DNA of 64,000 nucleotides from a virus. Below the pieces are notes generated by a model. That model saw only the letters and a program-made list of their open reading frames with translations. It ran no database searches and had not been told where the DNA came from. Shown here in pieces: positions 1 to 11,184 of this stretch. The stretch covers positions 32,001 to 96,000 of the IMG/VR virus record IMGVR_UViG_3300027747_002198, one strand, 5' to 3'. Position 1 is the first letter of the stretch; every line of letters starts with the position of its first letter. Made by a program: the position numbers and the translations under genes.

Positions 1-483
1 CTTTCGAGTGTAGTTGCAAACTCTGCATTTGTAACTGCGCCAGTACCATTTTCTAGTATGGTCATGAAAATTTCGGGAGATGATCCAAATACATATTATG
101 TTGTTAAAGGTTCTACTCCATTAGATGCTAAAGGAAATACAACAGTATCATTTGCAGTAAGCAATAATACCGTATTTGCCGATCAAACGCCGGTTTATTT
201 TTATCAACAAAGTCAGTTAAGAGCATCAGGACAAACTTTTGAATTTGTTGGTGCAGGCACAAACATTAATGCTATACCTAGATTAGGTGGCGTGGCAGAT
301 TCAACAAAACAAATTGTCGTATATAATGAAGGTTCTGTTTACGCCACAGCAACAGATGAAGCAGGTAACTTTACAGTTGGGGATTTAATATTAAATCAAG
401 CAACCGCAACCATTGCTGGCCGAACATTTAGTAAGAGTTTATTTGCGCAAATGACTCCATATATTTTAGCACTCGAAGGATAA
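1..483 (+). CDS. Virion/tail structural protein, C-terminal part (5' truncated by the window)
   Basis: Frame is open from base 1 through the listed ORF 58..483; first gene of the tail-fibre cluster. Confidence 0.55.
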   Translation, partial: LSSVVANSAFVTAPVPFSSMVMKISGDDPNTYYVVKGSTPLDAKGNTTVSFAVSNNTVFADQTPVYFYQQSQLRASGQTFEFVGAGTNINAIPRLGGVADSTKQIVVYNEGSVYATATDEAGNFTVGDLILNQATATIAGRTFSKSLFAQMTPYILALEG

Positions 484-486
484 AAA

Positions 487-831
487 ATGGCAGCACAATC
501 AATTCCATTAAATACGTTTAAAACAACAACCGCAACATTAACAACTAATTTTCAAACAATATATACTACACCTACTGGTGTAACTACTGTCGTTTTGTTG
601 GCACAAGTTTCAAATATAGATTCAGCAAATACTATTCAAGCTTCTGCTTATTTTGTAAGAGGTGGCGTTAACACTTCAATTATTCAAGGAACTATTATTC
701 CAACAAATGACGCAGCAACACTATTAACAGGCAAATTAATTTTACAAACAGGCGATTCATTTACTGCCAATTGTAGTATAAGTGGTTCTGGACAATTAAT
801 TTTGTCATATTTAGAAACAGCAAATCAATAA
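487..831 (+). CDS. Small virion protein (beta-rich, tail-fibre associated)
   Basis: 114 aa, GAAGGA SD, T/V-rich beta pattern; tail context. Confidence 0.5.
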   Translation: MAAQSIPLNTFKTTTATLTTNFQTIYTTPTGVTTVVLLAQVSNIDSANTIQASAYFVRGGVNTSIIQGTIIPTNDAATLLTGKLILQTGDSFTANCSISGSGQLILSYLETANQ

Positions 832-837
832 TAAAAT

Positions 838-3800
838 ATGACCAATAGAACTAGGCTAGTTAGCGGTCGTGTACCCACAAGTAATTCCGCTAACGTATCA
901 CTCTCACGTTACCAATTTTTAGATTTAAGTTCTGCGGAACCTAATCTAGGTACGGCCAATAACGGAGATGTTTTAAGTTACAATACAGCAAGTCCTGGTG
1001 GCCGGCAATGGATTCCTCAAAGTTATTTGGGTGGGTTAGGACTTGCTCAGCAAGCATACAATCAAGCTAACTCCGCTAATATTTTGGCACAATCTGCATA
1101 TACTCAATCCAATGTAGCATATAATCTTGCCAGTTATGCCTCCAATACTGCTAATAATGCGTTGCCAAATACTGGTCCTTTAATCACAGTAAATTCTACA
1201 TCAAGATTATATGTTTCTAATACAACAACAAGTACAAGTAATACTACAGGTGCTTTAACTGTTGCTGGTGGTGTTGGTATTTCTGGTAATTTATTTGTTG
1301 GTGGCACAAATATTACAATAGGTGAAGGACCTGGAAATGCAACAGTTAATATTGCATCAGGTGGATTAACAGGTAATACTATTGTAGTTAACATTGGAAC
1401 TCCAACTGCAGCATATCAATATCCAATAACGTACACTAATATTTTTGGAGGAGCAACTGTTGGGGGTAACCTCACAGTTCAAGGTGGATATAATCAAATT
1501 GGTAATGGTAATTATACCACCTATGTGTATTTGGGTAATGGTTATTCATTAGCAGGTGTTATTAAAACTGTTGAAATTGGTACGAATGCTTTTATTGGTT
1601 CAAATACTAATATAGCAATTGGTACATCAGGCGGTGGAAATACAACAGTAAAATTTGGTAGTAACACAATTACCAATTTTACAAATACGGCCATATCAAC
1701 ATCGAATACCACTGGTGCTTTAACTGTTGCTGGTGGTATTGGTGTAAAAGGTAATGTGTATGCTGATGCTGTTTACTCCAATAATGCTTTAGTTCTAACT
1801 TCTGAACCTATTGGTATTTCTGCTGCATCAAATACAGTTTATATTAAAGCTGGTTTAGATTCAGCTAACGCCAATATTGCTTTGTTACAAGCATCATTAG
1901 GTACCAGTAATGCTAATATTACATATATTCTTGGTATTGATGCAACTCAAAATTCTTGGATTATATCTGCTAATGCAAACTCTGCTTTAGCATTTTCTTA
2001 TATCAATTCAGCCAATGCTAACATTGCGTTACTCCAATCAGGTTTAATTACGGCTAATGCCAACGGTGTTGCTACCGATGGTAAAATGCAATCTGCTTAT
2101 AATCAAGCTAACGTAACTGCTGGTGGTTTAATAACGGCTAATGCTAATACAGTATACACACAAGCAGGTTTAAATACTGCAAACGGAAATATAAGTGCTT
2201 TACAAGGTGGTTTGATTGCAGCCAATGCCAATAGTTTTTACATACAATCTGGCCTCAATACCGCCAATGCCAACATATCAATTATTCAAGGTGTAGACTT
2301 AACACAGAACACTTGGATTACCAATACCGATGGTAAAATGCAATCTGCTTATAATCAAGCTAATATAACCGCTGGTGGCTTGATAACTGCTAATGCTAAT
2401 ACAGTTTATATTAAAGCAGGACTTGATAGTGCTAATGCCAATATTGGTATTTTATTTGGTATTGAAACAACACAAAATACAAATATTACATACACCGATG
2501 CTAAGATGCAATCGGCATATAACCAAGCCAACGTTACTGCTGGTGGCTTAATAACTGCTAATGCCAATACAGTCTATACGCAAGCAGGACTTAATACTGC
2601 CAATGGTAACATAAGTGCATTACAAGGCGGATTAATTGCAGCCAACGCTAACTCAGCATACATTTTAGCAGGATTAATATCGGCTAATGCAAACACAGCA
2701 ATCATTCAAGGTGTTGACTTAACACAAAACACTTGGATTACCAATACAGATGGCAAGATGCAATCGGCTTATAATCAAGCAAACGTAACTGCTGGTGGCT
2801 TGATAACTGCTAATGCTAATACAGTTTATACGCAAGCAGGTTTAAATTCAGCCAATGCTAGAATAACAATTATTGAAGGTGTGGATGCGACTCAAAACAC
2901 CAACATCTCCAATAAAGTAAATTTAACTGGATCATTAAATCAAACAATTTCTGGAAATGTGACCATCACACAAGATTTAGTTGTTTCAGGTAATTTAGTC
3001 CTCACAGGAAATATTTCATCACAAAACGTACAACAGTTAGCCGTAGCTGACCCGTTAATATTATTAGGTCTTGGTAACTATGTTAGCGATACCAAAGATA
3101 TTGGTTTTGCTGGACATTATAACGATGGTACCAATGCTCACGCTGGTTTGATTAGAGATTCTGGAACAAAAGAATTTTATTTATTCAAAGGTTACACACC
3201 AGAAGTAGATTCGAACAATAACATTGATATTACAGACGCATCATTTAGTAAAGCAAACTTAAACGCTAGTTATTTTAAAGGTAATTTAATTGTTACAACA
3301 GCAGTTGTTAATGGTATTGATATTTACACTTATTCAACTTCTGCTTGGACACAAGCCAATGTAACTGCTGGTGGTTTAATAACGGCCAATGGCAATATAT
3401 CTGCATTACAAGGTGGTTTGATTAGTGCAAATGCTAATTCATTTTATATTCAATCTGGATTAAATTCAGCAAATGCCAACATAGCTTTGTTACAAACAGG
3501 ACTTATAACTGCTAACGCAAATGGTGTTGCTACTGATGGTAAAATGCAGTCTGCCTATAATCAAGCAAACGTGGTTGCTGGTGGTTTGATAACGGCTAAT
3601 GCTAACACAGTTTACATTAAAGCAGGACTTGATAGTGCCAATGCTAATATTGCTTTGTTACAAGCAGGATTAGGTACCAGTAATGCCAACATTGCATATA
3701 TTCTTGGTATTGATGCAACTCAAAATTCTTGGATTATATCTGGAAACGCAAATTCAGCTCTAGCGTTTTCTTATATTAATTCTGCTAACGCCAATATAGC

Positions 3801-5544
3801 TTTACTTCAATCTGGACTTAATACTGCTAATGCAAACATAGCTTATATTCTTGGTGTTGACTTAACTCAGAATACTTGGATTACCAATACTGATGGTAAA
3901 ATGCAATCTGCTTACAATCAAGCAAACGTGGTTGCTGGAGGATTGATTACTGCTAATGCTAATACAGTTTATATTAAAGCTGGGTTAGATTCAGCCAATG
4001 CTAATATTGCTTTGTTGCAAGCAGGATTAGGTACCAGTAATGCCAACATTGCATATATTCTTGGTATTGATGCAACTCAAAATTCTTGGATTATATCTGG
4101 AAACGCAAATTCAGCTCTAGCGTTTTCTTATATCAATTCAGCGAATGCTAACATTTCTATTTTGTTTGGCATTGAAACAACTCAGAATACTTGGATTACT
4201 AATACTGATGGTAAGATGCAGTCTGCCTATAATCAGGCTAATGCGACCGCCGGTGGTTTAATAACTGCTAATGCTAATATTGTATCAACAGACGGTAAGA
4301 TGCAGTCGGCTTATAACCAAGCCAACGTAACTGCTGGTGGTTTAATTACCGCTAACGCTAATAGTTTCTATATTCAGTCTGGATTAAATTCAGCAAATGC
4401 CAACATAGCTTTGTTACAAGCAGGACTTATAACTGCTAATGCTAATATTGTATCAACAGATGGTAAAATGCAATCAGCTTATAACCAAGCCAATGTTACC
4501 GCTGGTGGACTTATAACGGCTAATGCTAATACAGTTTATATTCAGTCTGGATTAAATTCAGCCAATGCCAATATATCATATCTTTTTGGTGTAAATTTAA
4601 CACAAAATACTTGGATTACCAATACTGATGGTTTGACACAATCGGCATATGCTCAAGCAAATGCTATTAGTTCTTATGCAAACACCACACTAAGTTATTT
4701 AAGTGGAGCTTTAATTACTACTAATGCTAATACAGTTTATATTCAATCTGGATTAAATTCAGCTAATGCCAATATTGTTTCATTACAAGCATTGGCGAAT
4801 ACAGATTATACAACTGTAACATCTCCGACAGGAACATTTGGTAGTGCAACATTAGTTCCTGTAGTTACTGTTGCTGCTAACGGTCGTATTACTAATATCA
4901 GCACAACAACAATCACCGGTGGTGGTGCCGGTGCTAACACAAATAGTTTTTCTACTATCGTTGTTTCTGGTCAACCAAGAGTAATAGCAAATAGTACTTC
5001 TTCACCATTAACATTTGTTGCTGGTACTGGAATGACTATTACTACTGTTGGCACCAGTAACACAATTACTTTTGTTTCAACGGGAGGATTTAGTGGCGGT
5101 ACAATTCCTAATCCTTTGAACATCACAAGTACATTAGTGAGTACAAATACCACCACGGGTGCTTTAGTAGTTACTGGTGGTGTTGGTATTGGTGGCGCAC
5201 TAAATGCTACATCAAAATCATTTAATATTCCACATCCAACAAAACCAGGAAAAGATTTACGTTATGGATCGTTAGAAGGTCCCGAGTTTGGTGTGTATGT
5301 TCGTGGAAAATTGGTTAATAATAACACAATTGAATTGCCTGAATATTGGACAAAATTGGTTCATAAAGATAGCATAACTGTTCAATTAACTCCTATTGGT
5401 AAATTTCAAAAACTTTCTGTTAAAGAAATTAAAGATAACAGGATTACTATTGGTAATGATGCCTTATTAAGTAATGATATTAATTGTTTTTATATTGTGT
5501 TTGCAGAAAGAGCAGATATAGATAAGCTTGAAGTGGAAAGTTAA
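838..5544 (+). CDS. Long tail fibre protein with modular coiled-coil repeats and a C-terminal chaperone-like domain
   Basis: 1568 aa; TGALTVAGGVG fibre motifs; 9 copies of D(G/A)KMQSAYNQAN; many ANAN repeats; C-terminal KSFNIPHP...LRYGSLEGPE domain typical of fibre ends. Confidence 0.75.
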   Translation: MTNRTRLVSGRVPTSNSANVSLSRYQFLDLSSAEPNLGTANNGDVLSYNTASPGGRQWIPQSYLGGLGLAQQAYNQANSANILAQSAYTQSNVAYNLASYASNTANNALPNTGPLITVNSTSRLYVSNTTTSTSNTTGALTVAGGVGISGNLFVGGTNITIGEGPGNATVNIASGGLTGNTIVVNIGTPTAAYQYPITYTNIFGGATVGGNLTVQGGYNQIGNGNYTTYVYLGNGYSLAGVIKTVEIGTNAFIGSNTNIAIGTSGGGNTTVKFGSNTITNFTNTAISTSNTTGALTVAGGIGVKGNVYADAVYSNNALVLTSEPIGISAASNTVYIKAGLDSANANIALLQASLGTSNANITYILGIDATQNSWIISANANSALAFSYINSANANIALLQSGLITANANGVATDGKMQSAYNQANVTAGGLITANANTVYTQAGLNTANGNISALQGGLIAANANSFYIQSGLNTANANISIIQGVDLTQNTWITNTDGKMQSAYNQANITAGGLITANANTVYIKAGLDSANANIGILFGIETTQNTNITYTDAKMQSAYNQANVTAGGLITANANTVYTQAGLNTANGNISALQGGLIAANANSAYILAGLISANANTAIIQGVDLTQNTWITNTDGKMQSAYNQANVTAGGLITANANTVYTQAGLNSANARITIIEGVDATQNTNISNKVNLTGSLNQTISGNVTITQDLVVSGNLVLTGNISSQNVQQLAVADPLILLGLGNYVSDTKDIGFAGHYNDGTNAHAGLIRDSGTKEFYLFKGYTPEVDSNNNIDITDASFSKANLNASYFKGNLIVTTAVVNGIDIYTYSTSAWTQANVTAGGLITANGNISALQGGLISANANSFYIQSGLNSANANIALLQTGLITANANGVATDGKMQSAYNQANVVAGGLITANANTVYIKAGLDSANANIALLQAGLGTSNANIAYILGIDATQNSWIISGNANSALAFSYINSANANIALLQSGLNTANANIAYILGVDLTQNTWITNTDGKMQSAYNQANVVAGGLITANANTVYIKAGLDSANANIALLQAGLGTSNANIAYILGIDATQNSWIISGNANSALAFSYINSANANISILFGIETTQNTWITNTDGKMQSAYNQANATAGGLITANANIVSTDGKMQSAYNQANVTAGGLITANANSFYIQSGLNSANANIALLQAGLITANANIVSTDGKMQSAYNQANVTAGGLITANANTVYIQSGLNSANANISYLFGVNLTQNTWITNTDGLTQSAYAQANAISSYANTTLSYLSGALITTNANTVYIQSGLNSANANIVSLQALANTDYTTVTSPTGTFGSATLVPVVTVAANGRITNISTTTITGGGAGANTNSFSTIVVSGQPRVIANSTSSPLTFVAGTGMTITTVGTSNTITFVSTGGFSGGTIPNPLNITSTLVSTNTTTGALVVTGGVGIGGALNATSKSFNIPHPTKPGKDLRYGSLEGPEFGVYVRGKLVNNNTIELPEYWTKLVHKDSITVQLTPIGKFQKLSVKEIKDNRITIGNDALLSNDINCFYIVFAERADIDKLEVES
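3661..4133 (+). repeat. Perfect 116-nt direct repeat in the fibre gene (3661-3776 and 4018-4133; 357-nt, in-frame period)
   Basis: Direct comparison of the two stretches. Confidence 0.85.
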
Positions 5545-5546
5545 TT

Positions 5547-6617
5547 ATGGGTGTCAATTATAATTATAGCACTATAATGAATGGATTAACAGTTTGTATT
5601 GATGCCAACAATCCAAAAAGTTATTCTGGCTCAGGCAATACTTGGATTGATTTGATTAATAAAAACGCCAATTTTAATCTAGCAAATACTCCACCATATA
5701 CTCCGGCAAATACAACCAATGGAGCTCCAGCATATTTTAGTTTTTCAAATGTTGATGTTACTGGTGCAAACACGTTAACGTATGCAACTACCGGTAATAC
5801 AATTTGGCGTGGCACTGGATTGGATTATAATTTAAATATTGGAAAAATTGGAAGTACAAATTGCACCATAGAAATTGTTTGGCGACTTACTGCTTATCCG
5901 GCACCTGGCGGTACATTTTATATGATTGATGCAACAACTGCCGGTGATGGACTTCAATTAGTTTTTAGTAATACTGGAACTACTTACCAATATGGTAATT
6001 GGCGCTGGGCAAATGGTGGTGGAATAATTAATTATTATAGTAATTCTAATCCAACGGCTTTGGTACCTTTAGGTGTTTGGCGCCACGACATACTATCGTA
6101 TAGCCTTGAGAATGGAAGTACTTGGCGAATCAATGGAGGAAATAACAATTTATCAAATAAAGTTTTAGATCGTGGTACTGTTGTTTCAGCAACTGGCGGA
6201 AATTCTGGTGTTGCCAATACTATAACATTGCCGGCCAATTTTTCATCCGCCAATACTGATTATGTGAATGATTATGTTTCTATTCTTACAGGAACAGGAT
6301 ATGGAGATGTTATCCAAATTACTGCTTATGATGGTGTAGCCAAAATTGCCACGGTTTCTCGTAACTGGAAATATGGAACACCGGATACAACTTCAACATT
6401 TCAAATTTGTGTTCCGGGTACATCCGTAAACGTAGGGCGAAACAATAGTAGGTTTGCAGCTATTGGTACACAAGCGGTAGCAAGATATCAAGATCAATTC
6501 ATTGGTGATATTGCTCTAGTGCGTATGTGGAATCGTGAGTTAACCGACTTTGAAGCAAAAACGAGTTACAATATTTTAAACAAAAAATTTAATTTTGGTT
6601 CTAACGTTACTTTCTAA
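5547..6617 (+). CDS. LamG/concanavalin A-like lectin domain virion protein
   Basis: N-terminal GLTVCIDANNPKSYSGSGNTWIDL and C-terminal FIGDIALVRMWNRELT motifs of phage LamG proteins. Confidence 0.7.
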   Translation: MGVNYNYSTIMNGLTVCIDANNPKSYSGSGNTWIDLINKNANFNLANTPPYTPANTTNGAPAYFSFSNVDVTGANTLTYATTGNTIWRGTGLDYNLNIGKIGSTNCTIEIVWRLTAYPAPGGTFYMIDATTAGDGLQLVFSNTGTTYQYGNWRWANGGGIINYYSNSNPTALVPLGVWRHDILSYSLENGSTWRINGGNNNLSNKVLDRGTVVSATGGNSGVANTITLPANFSSANTDYVNDYVSILTGTGYGDVIQITAYDGVAKIATVSRNWKYGTPDTTSTFQICVPGTSVNVGRNNSRFAAIGTQAVARYQDQFIGDIALVRMWNRELTDFEAKTSYNILNKKFNFGSNVTF

Positions 6618-6619
6618 AA

Positions 6620-7375
6620 ATGTCTTTAACGCACTCTCCCACCCTCGCAAATACTGGATTAGTAATTTGTTTTGATCCTGGAAATAATAGGAGCTTTATT
6701 CCGGCCACAAGTACAACTACATGGATTAATATAGTTAATCCATTTCAAACAATTAATGTTGGTAATAATATTTCTGCTGATTTAAGATTAATTAGTAACA
6801 ATTGTTATCTAAGTGCAAATAGCGGAGGAACATTTGTTTTTGCAAATAACCAAATTACAGGCGTTAATCAGTACATTACTACTACAGGAATTCCCGATTC
6901 TTTTTGGCAAGGCAGTTATACAATATCCGCTTGGGCATATTTTAATCAAGTGAATAAAATTGGACGCACACCAACTGGAGGAAACGATTGGCCAAATACT
7001 TTAATTGCTCACGGGCAAGGTGTTACTGATTCAAGTTTTTCTATTGGCGAAAGATTTGGAAAATTAAATTTTGGATTTTATAATGATGATTTTAATAGTG
7101 CAACCACACTTTTACCGAACACTTGGTATAATTTAGTTGGTACTTATGATTCTTCTACATCCACAAGAACAATGTACATTAATACAATTTATGATAGCTC
7201 AAAATCTGGAGGTGCTTATATTGGTACAGGAAATAATACTATAATAGCCTCCGGTACAAATTCATATTATCAATTGTATGGAAATCTTGGTAGAATTGAT
7301 ATATACAATCGAGTGTTAACGCCAACAGAAATCCAAAGATATTACTTGACAAACAAAAGTAAATATGGATTATAA
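6620..7375 (+). CDS. LamG/concanavalin A-like lectin domain virion protein
   Basis: GLVICFDPGN, YTISAW, NTWYNLVGTYD, GNLGRIDIYNRVLTPTEI motifs. Confidence 0.75.
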   Translation: MSLTHSPTLANTGLVICFDPGNNRSFIPATSTTTWINIVNPFQTINVGNNISADLRLISNNCYLSANSGGTFVFANNQITGVNQYITTTGIPDSFWQGSYTISAWAYFNQVNKIGRTPTGGNDWPNTLIAHGQGVTDSSFSIGERFGKLNFGFYNDDFNSATTLLPNTWYNLVGTYDSSTSTRTMYINTIYDSSKSGGAYIGTGNNTIIASGTNSYYQLYGNLGRIDIYNRVLTPTEIQRYYLTNKSKYGL

Positions 7376-7381
7376 AAAAAT

Positions 7382-7663
7382 ATGCAAAACCCTACAACTT
7401 TAATTTTTGATATTTCTGAATTAGATAAAATTGATTCAACTAAAATTCTTTGGCAAAACATTAGTAATGATAATACTCAAGTAATGATTGCTTGGGAAGG
7501 TGACACACCGGACTTTGTTAACAATTTAACAACTAAAGGTGATTTTTTATCTTATGATGAAGCCACCACATTTGTTCAACAAAATTTTCACAATTGGGTA
7601 AAAATGCAAACCGCAACCGCAATAAGAAATGAAGATGGTAGTATCACTTATACTGACGAATAA
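7382..7663 (+). CDS. Hypothetical protein (tail cluster)
   Basis: 93-aa ORF in operon. Confidence 0.5.
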   Translation: MQNPTTLIFDISELDKIDSTKILWQNISNDNTQVMIAWEGDTPDFVNNLTTKGDFLSYDEATTFVQQNFHNWVKMQTATAIRNEDGSITYTDE

Positions 7664-7666
7664 ATA
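7659..7666 (+). promoter_or_regulatory. T4-type late promoter (AATAAATA)
   Basis: Near-consensus TATAAATA about 30 nt before the 7695 start. Confidence 0.5.
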
Positions 7667-7694
7667 CCACAGTACAACACAAGAATAGTAAAAA

Positions 7695-10600
7695 ATGGCA
7701 TATACCGATAAGAATATAGTAATTACACCCAATTCAGGATCGTCCACCGATGATCCTAAGATTGTTTTTACTTCAGCCAATAACACTATTGGTCCTCAGA
7801 GTATTACGCTTAGGACTTATCCTACGTCTAATGGGCTACTATCTTTTGAAAGTTCTGTTGGCCAATTATTCTCCATTAGTAATACCCTCACAGGTACCCT
7901 TTTCTCAGTTAATGATATTTCTGGTATTCCTAGTATTACGGTACAAGATACTGGTCAAGTTAACTTATCACCATATAACGGTAACGTTATTATTGGCACA
8001 GCAACGACCAATACTTCACCAGCAACCGCTAGCGCCCTTTTAGTTGTAAACGGCATGCATTATGCCGACCAAGAAATTGTGGCCAATAACGGCGTTATAG
8101 TTAGAAATGATAATAGAGATTTTACTGGTCTACAATCAAAAGTGGTGTGGCGTAAATATTCAACTTCTGGTTATGTATCAGTAAACTCAGAAGAAATGAC
8201 GGCCAATATTGCTGCGGCTTCATTAGTATCATCAGGAACATTTACTGCGGTTCAACAAAATATTGCAACTGGTTTTGGTAGCAATTATCTTATGGAAGTT
8301 GCTGGTTATTTTTACGCCAATACGGCAGGTGTTTATTCTTTTGGTGTTAACTCAGACGATAACTCAGATTTATTTGTTGATGGCAAACTAGTTGCAGATT
8401 GGTTCACATCAGGTGGTCACGGCGCAGCCGCATCGGGTACTCCTGGTGGCACACAAAGAACTGTTTATTTACAAAAAGGTTTTCATAGAATTTATGGAAG
8501 ATTAGTTCAAGGTGGTGTTGGTGAATCTTTAGAATGGTTATTTAAAAATCCTGGTGATACTAATTTTACTGTAATACCGGCAGGATTATTATACCACCAG
8601 GCAACCGATTCAATAATAGCCACGGCAAACGGAATTAGTATTACAGGCTTTGCTATGTCCAATGTTATAGCCGGTAACGTTTTGACTTCTAATGTGTTAA
8701 CAAATGGAGCAGAATTAACTCTTGGTGTATCTAGTGATACCTGGGGTCCAATATCTTTAAGATTACAAAATAGAGATAACCAAAACGGACCTTTATTTGA
8801 TGCTTCACAGAGTAGAGTAGCATTACTTGATTTTGGATTTAAAACGGCAACAGCACAAAAAAATATTCGATATGAAACTAGACCAACATATTCTATTATA
8901 CCTAATCAAACTACAGTAAATGAATTTCAAATTGGTGTACCAGGTAGTGCAGATTTAGCTATTGGAAATACTTCTGTTTATGTAAGACCAAGTACAGGAA
9001 GTACTCCTTCTACCAATACAACTTCGGGTGCTTTAATCGTTGCTGGTGGTGCAGGTATTTCTGGTAACATATATACTGCTGGTGTATACATTGTAGGTTC
9101 AAGCAATGGCGTAACTTTTGGTGATGGTACAATACAAACCACTGCGGTGTTAATTGACCAAACGGCAAGAAATTTAGCAAATACCACTGCTGGCGGTTTA
9201 ATAACTGCTAATGCAAATTCATTTTATATTAAAGCAGGATTGAATTCAGCCAATGCTAATATTATTTCTTTACAAACAAAAGCAAATACTTTATTACCAA
9301 ATATTGGTTCAGTAATTACAATAAATTCGGCATCACAATTATATGTTTCTAATAATCAACCAGGATTATCTTCTGCCGTAGGAGCCTTAACGGTTATGGG
9401 TGGAATTGGTGCGCAAGATAACGTATGGATTGATGGTAATTTGTCTATTACTAATCCTATTCCATTAATACAATTTACCGGATCAAATAGTTACGTTGCA
9501 TATACAGGTACAAATAATTTAACTTCTTGGGATCAAACACCAGTTCGTTATACGTTTACCAGTGATAATGCTCCACAAGGAATAACATTTAAACCTGACG
9601 GTACTGTAATATACATTGTTGGTACTACTGCACCACAAAGGGTGTATCAATTAAGATTGAATAGTGCATGGGATCAAAGCACTGCAATTAATACGGCAGC
9701 TTTTTCAGTTGCAACTCAAGATACTTCACCACAAGATATTTGGTTTAAACCTGATGGTTCAGAAATGTATATTTTGGGTAACACCAATAAAAGAGTATGG
9801 CAATACCATTTAAATACACCATGGGATATTAATACCGCCTCATTTATTGTAAACTCAAACACCGCTAACGGATTATTACAAACACAAGATTCAACTGTGA
9901 CGGGTTTGACATTTAAACCTGACGGCACTCAAATGTACGTTAACGGTTCAAGTAACAATGCAGTGTATCAGTATACATTAAGTACTCCTTGGAGTGTGAA
10001 CACCGCAACATACACAACAAACACACAGGTTGCCGGCATAACAAGTACCGCTTTTTCTACAGTAGCAGGAACATCTGTTGCTCATGCTTTTAATACTGAT
10101 GGTACCAGAATGTTTGTTGCTGGTACTGCTTATAGAGATATTGCTGAATTCAATTTAAATACCGCATGGAACGTAGCAACATCAAGTTACAGAACAAGAA
10201 GGAACGTTTATTGGGAAGATACCGGTATATCTGGAATGTATTATACCGATACGGCAAATTCTTTGTATACAATTGGTACTGCAACCAGAATAATATTTCA
10301 ATATACAACAAATAGTACTGCAGCAGAAACTATAGCCGATAATACGGTGTTAACCGGTAACACAACGGCTAACGGTTCTTTGTTTGTTGCTGGTAACTTT
10401 AAAGCCGATGGTAATGCTCTTTTTCCATTATCGTTAACAGCATTCACAACATCAGTTACCGGTACATTGACGGCTAGTGGTACATTAACGGCTACCGGTG
10501 CACTTGGTTTAAACGGCTCTGCAACTGGTGGTGTGAACCTCGGCACTTTAGTAACAACTGGTAACTTTACTGTTGGTACTACGTTGACAACAGGAACTTT

Positions 10601-11183
10601 CCTTTATGGTGGTGTATCACAAACCGGTAACACAGTATTTGGAAGATCAACACTTACAAGTAACCTTGAAATTGCTAACGGTATAGTAATTGCCGGTAGT
10701 ACCAAAACTGTTGGTATAGGAAACTACGGTACTACAGGATCATCCACAGTTATTAACATTGGTGTTGGTTCTTTAGGTAACACAACAATTAACTTTGGTG
10801 GTAATACTAATCCGGGTAATACAGTAGTTAACTTTGGCCAAAATACGGTAGTATATACAAACTCAGTATATGCAACAACAACTACGGGTGCAATCTATAC
10901 AGATAACTTGAGATATGCTTCTAACGGAACTCCATGGGTAATGGGTTCTGGTGGCGGTAGTTCTGTATCTACATATAGCACAACGATTGGTGACGGAACA
11001 AATACCAAGTATCAAGTGTTACATAATTTAGGAAAATCTAATATTATTACAACTGTTCGTGAAACAACTTCAGGTAACGTAGTGTATCCTTCTTTACAAT
11101 ATGCAAATACTAACCAAATGAACGTGAGTTTTGTTTCTGCTCCAGCATCAAGTTTCTATACAGTTTCAATAATAGGATTCTAA
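7695..11183 (+). CDS. Tail fibre/adhesin with PA14 domain and beta-propeller repeats
   Basis: PA14-like GYFYANTAGVYSFGVNSDDNSDLFVDG; repeated (I/L)xFKPDG...Y.L.T.W blades; shares fibre modules with ORF 838. Confidence 0.7.
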   Translation: MAYTDKNIVITPNSGSSTDDPKIVFTSANNTIGPQSITLRTYPTSNGLLSFESSVGQLFSISNTLTGTLFSVNDISGIPSITVQDTGQVNLSPYNGNVIIGTATTNTSPATASALLVVNGMHYADQEIVANNGVIVRNDNRDFTGLQSKVVWRKYSTSGYVSVNSEEMTANIAAASLVSSGTFTAVQQNIATGFGSNYLMEVAGYFYANTAGVYSFGVNSDDNSDLFVDGKLVADWFTSGGHGAAASGTPGGTQRTVYLQKGFHRIYGRLVQGGVGESLEWLFKNPGDTNFTVIPAGLLYHQATDSIIATANGISITGFAMSNVIAGNVLTSNVLTNGAELTLGVSSDTWGPISLRLQNRDNQNGPLFDASQSRVALLDFGFKTATAQKNIRYETRPTYSIIPNQTTVNEFQIGVPGSADLAIGNTSVYVRPSTGSTPSTNTTSGALIVAGGAGISGNIYTAGVYIVGSSNGVTFGDGTIQTTAVLIDQTARNLANTTAGGLITANANSFYIKAGLNSANANIISLQTKANTLLPNIGSVITINSASQLYVSNNQPGLSSAVGALTVMGGIGAQDNVWIDGNLSITNPIPLIQFTGSNSYVAYTGTNNLTSWDQTPVRYTFTSDNAPQGITFKPDGTVIYIVGTTAPQRVYQLRLNSAWDQSTAINTAAFSVATQDTSPQDIWFKPDGSEMYILGNTNKRVWQYHLNTPWDINTASFIVNSNTANGLLQTQDSTVTGLTFKPDGTQMYVNGSSNNAVYQYTLSTPWSVNTATYTTNTQVAGITSTAFSTVAGTSVAHAFNTDGTRMFVAGTAYRDIAEFNLNTAWNVATSSYRTRRNVYWEDTGISGMYYTDTANSLYTIGTATRIIFQYTTNSTAAETIADNTVLTGNTTANGSLFVAGNFKADGNALFPLSLTAFTTSVTGTLTASGTLTATGALGLNGSATGGVNLGTLVTTGNFTVGTTLTTGTFLYGGVSQTGNTVFGRSTLTSNLEIANGIVIAGSTKTVGIGNYGTTGSSTVINIGVGSLGNTTINFGGNTNPGNTVVNFGQNTVVYTNSVYATTTTGAIYTDNLRYASNGTPWVMGSGGGSSVSTYSTTIGDGTNTKYQVLHNLGKSNIITTVRETTSGNVVYPSLQYANTNQMNVSFVSAPASSFYTVSIIGF

Positions 11184-11184
11184 G

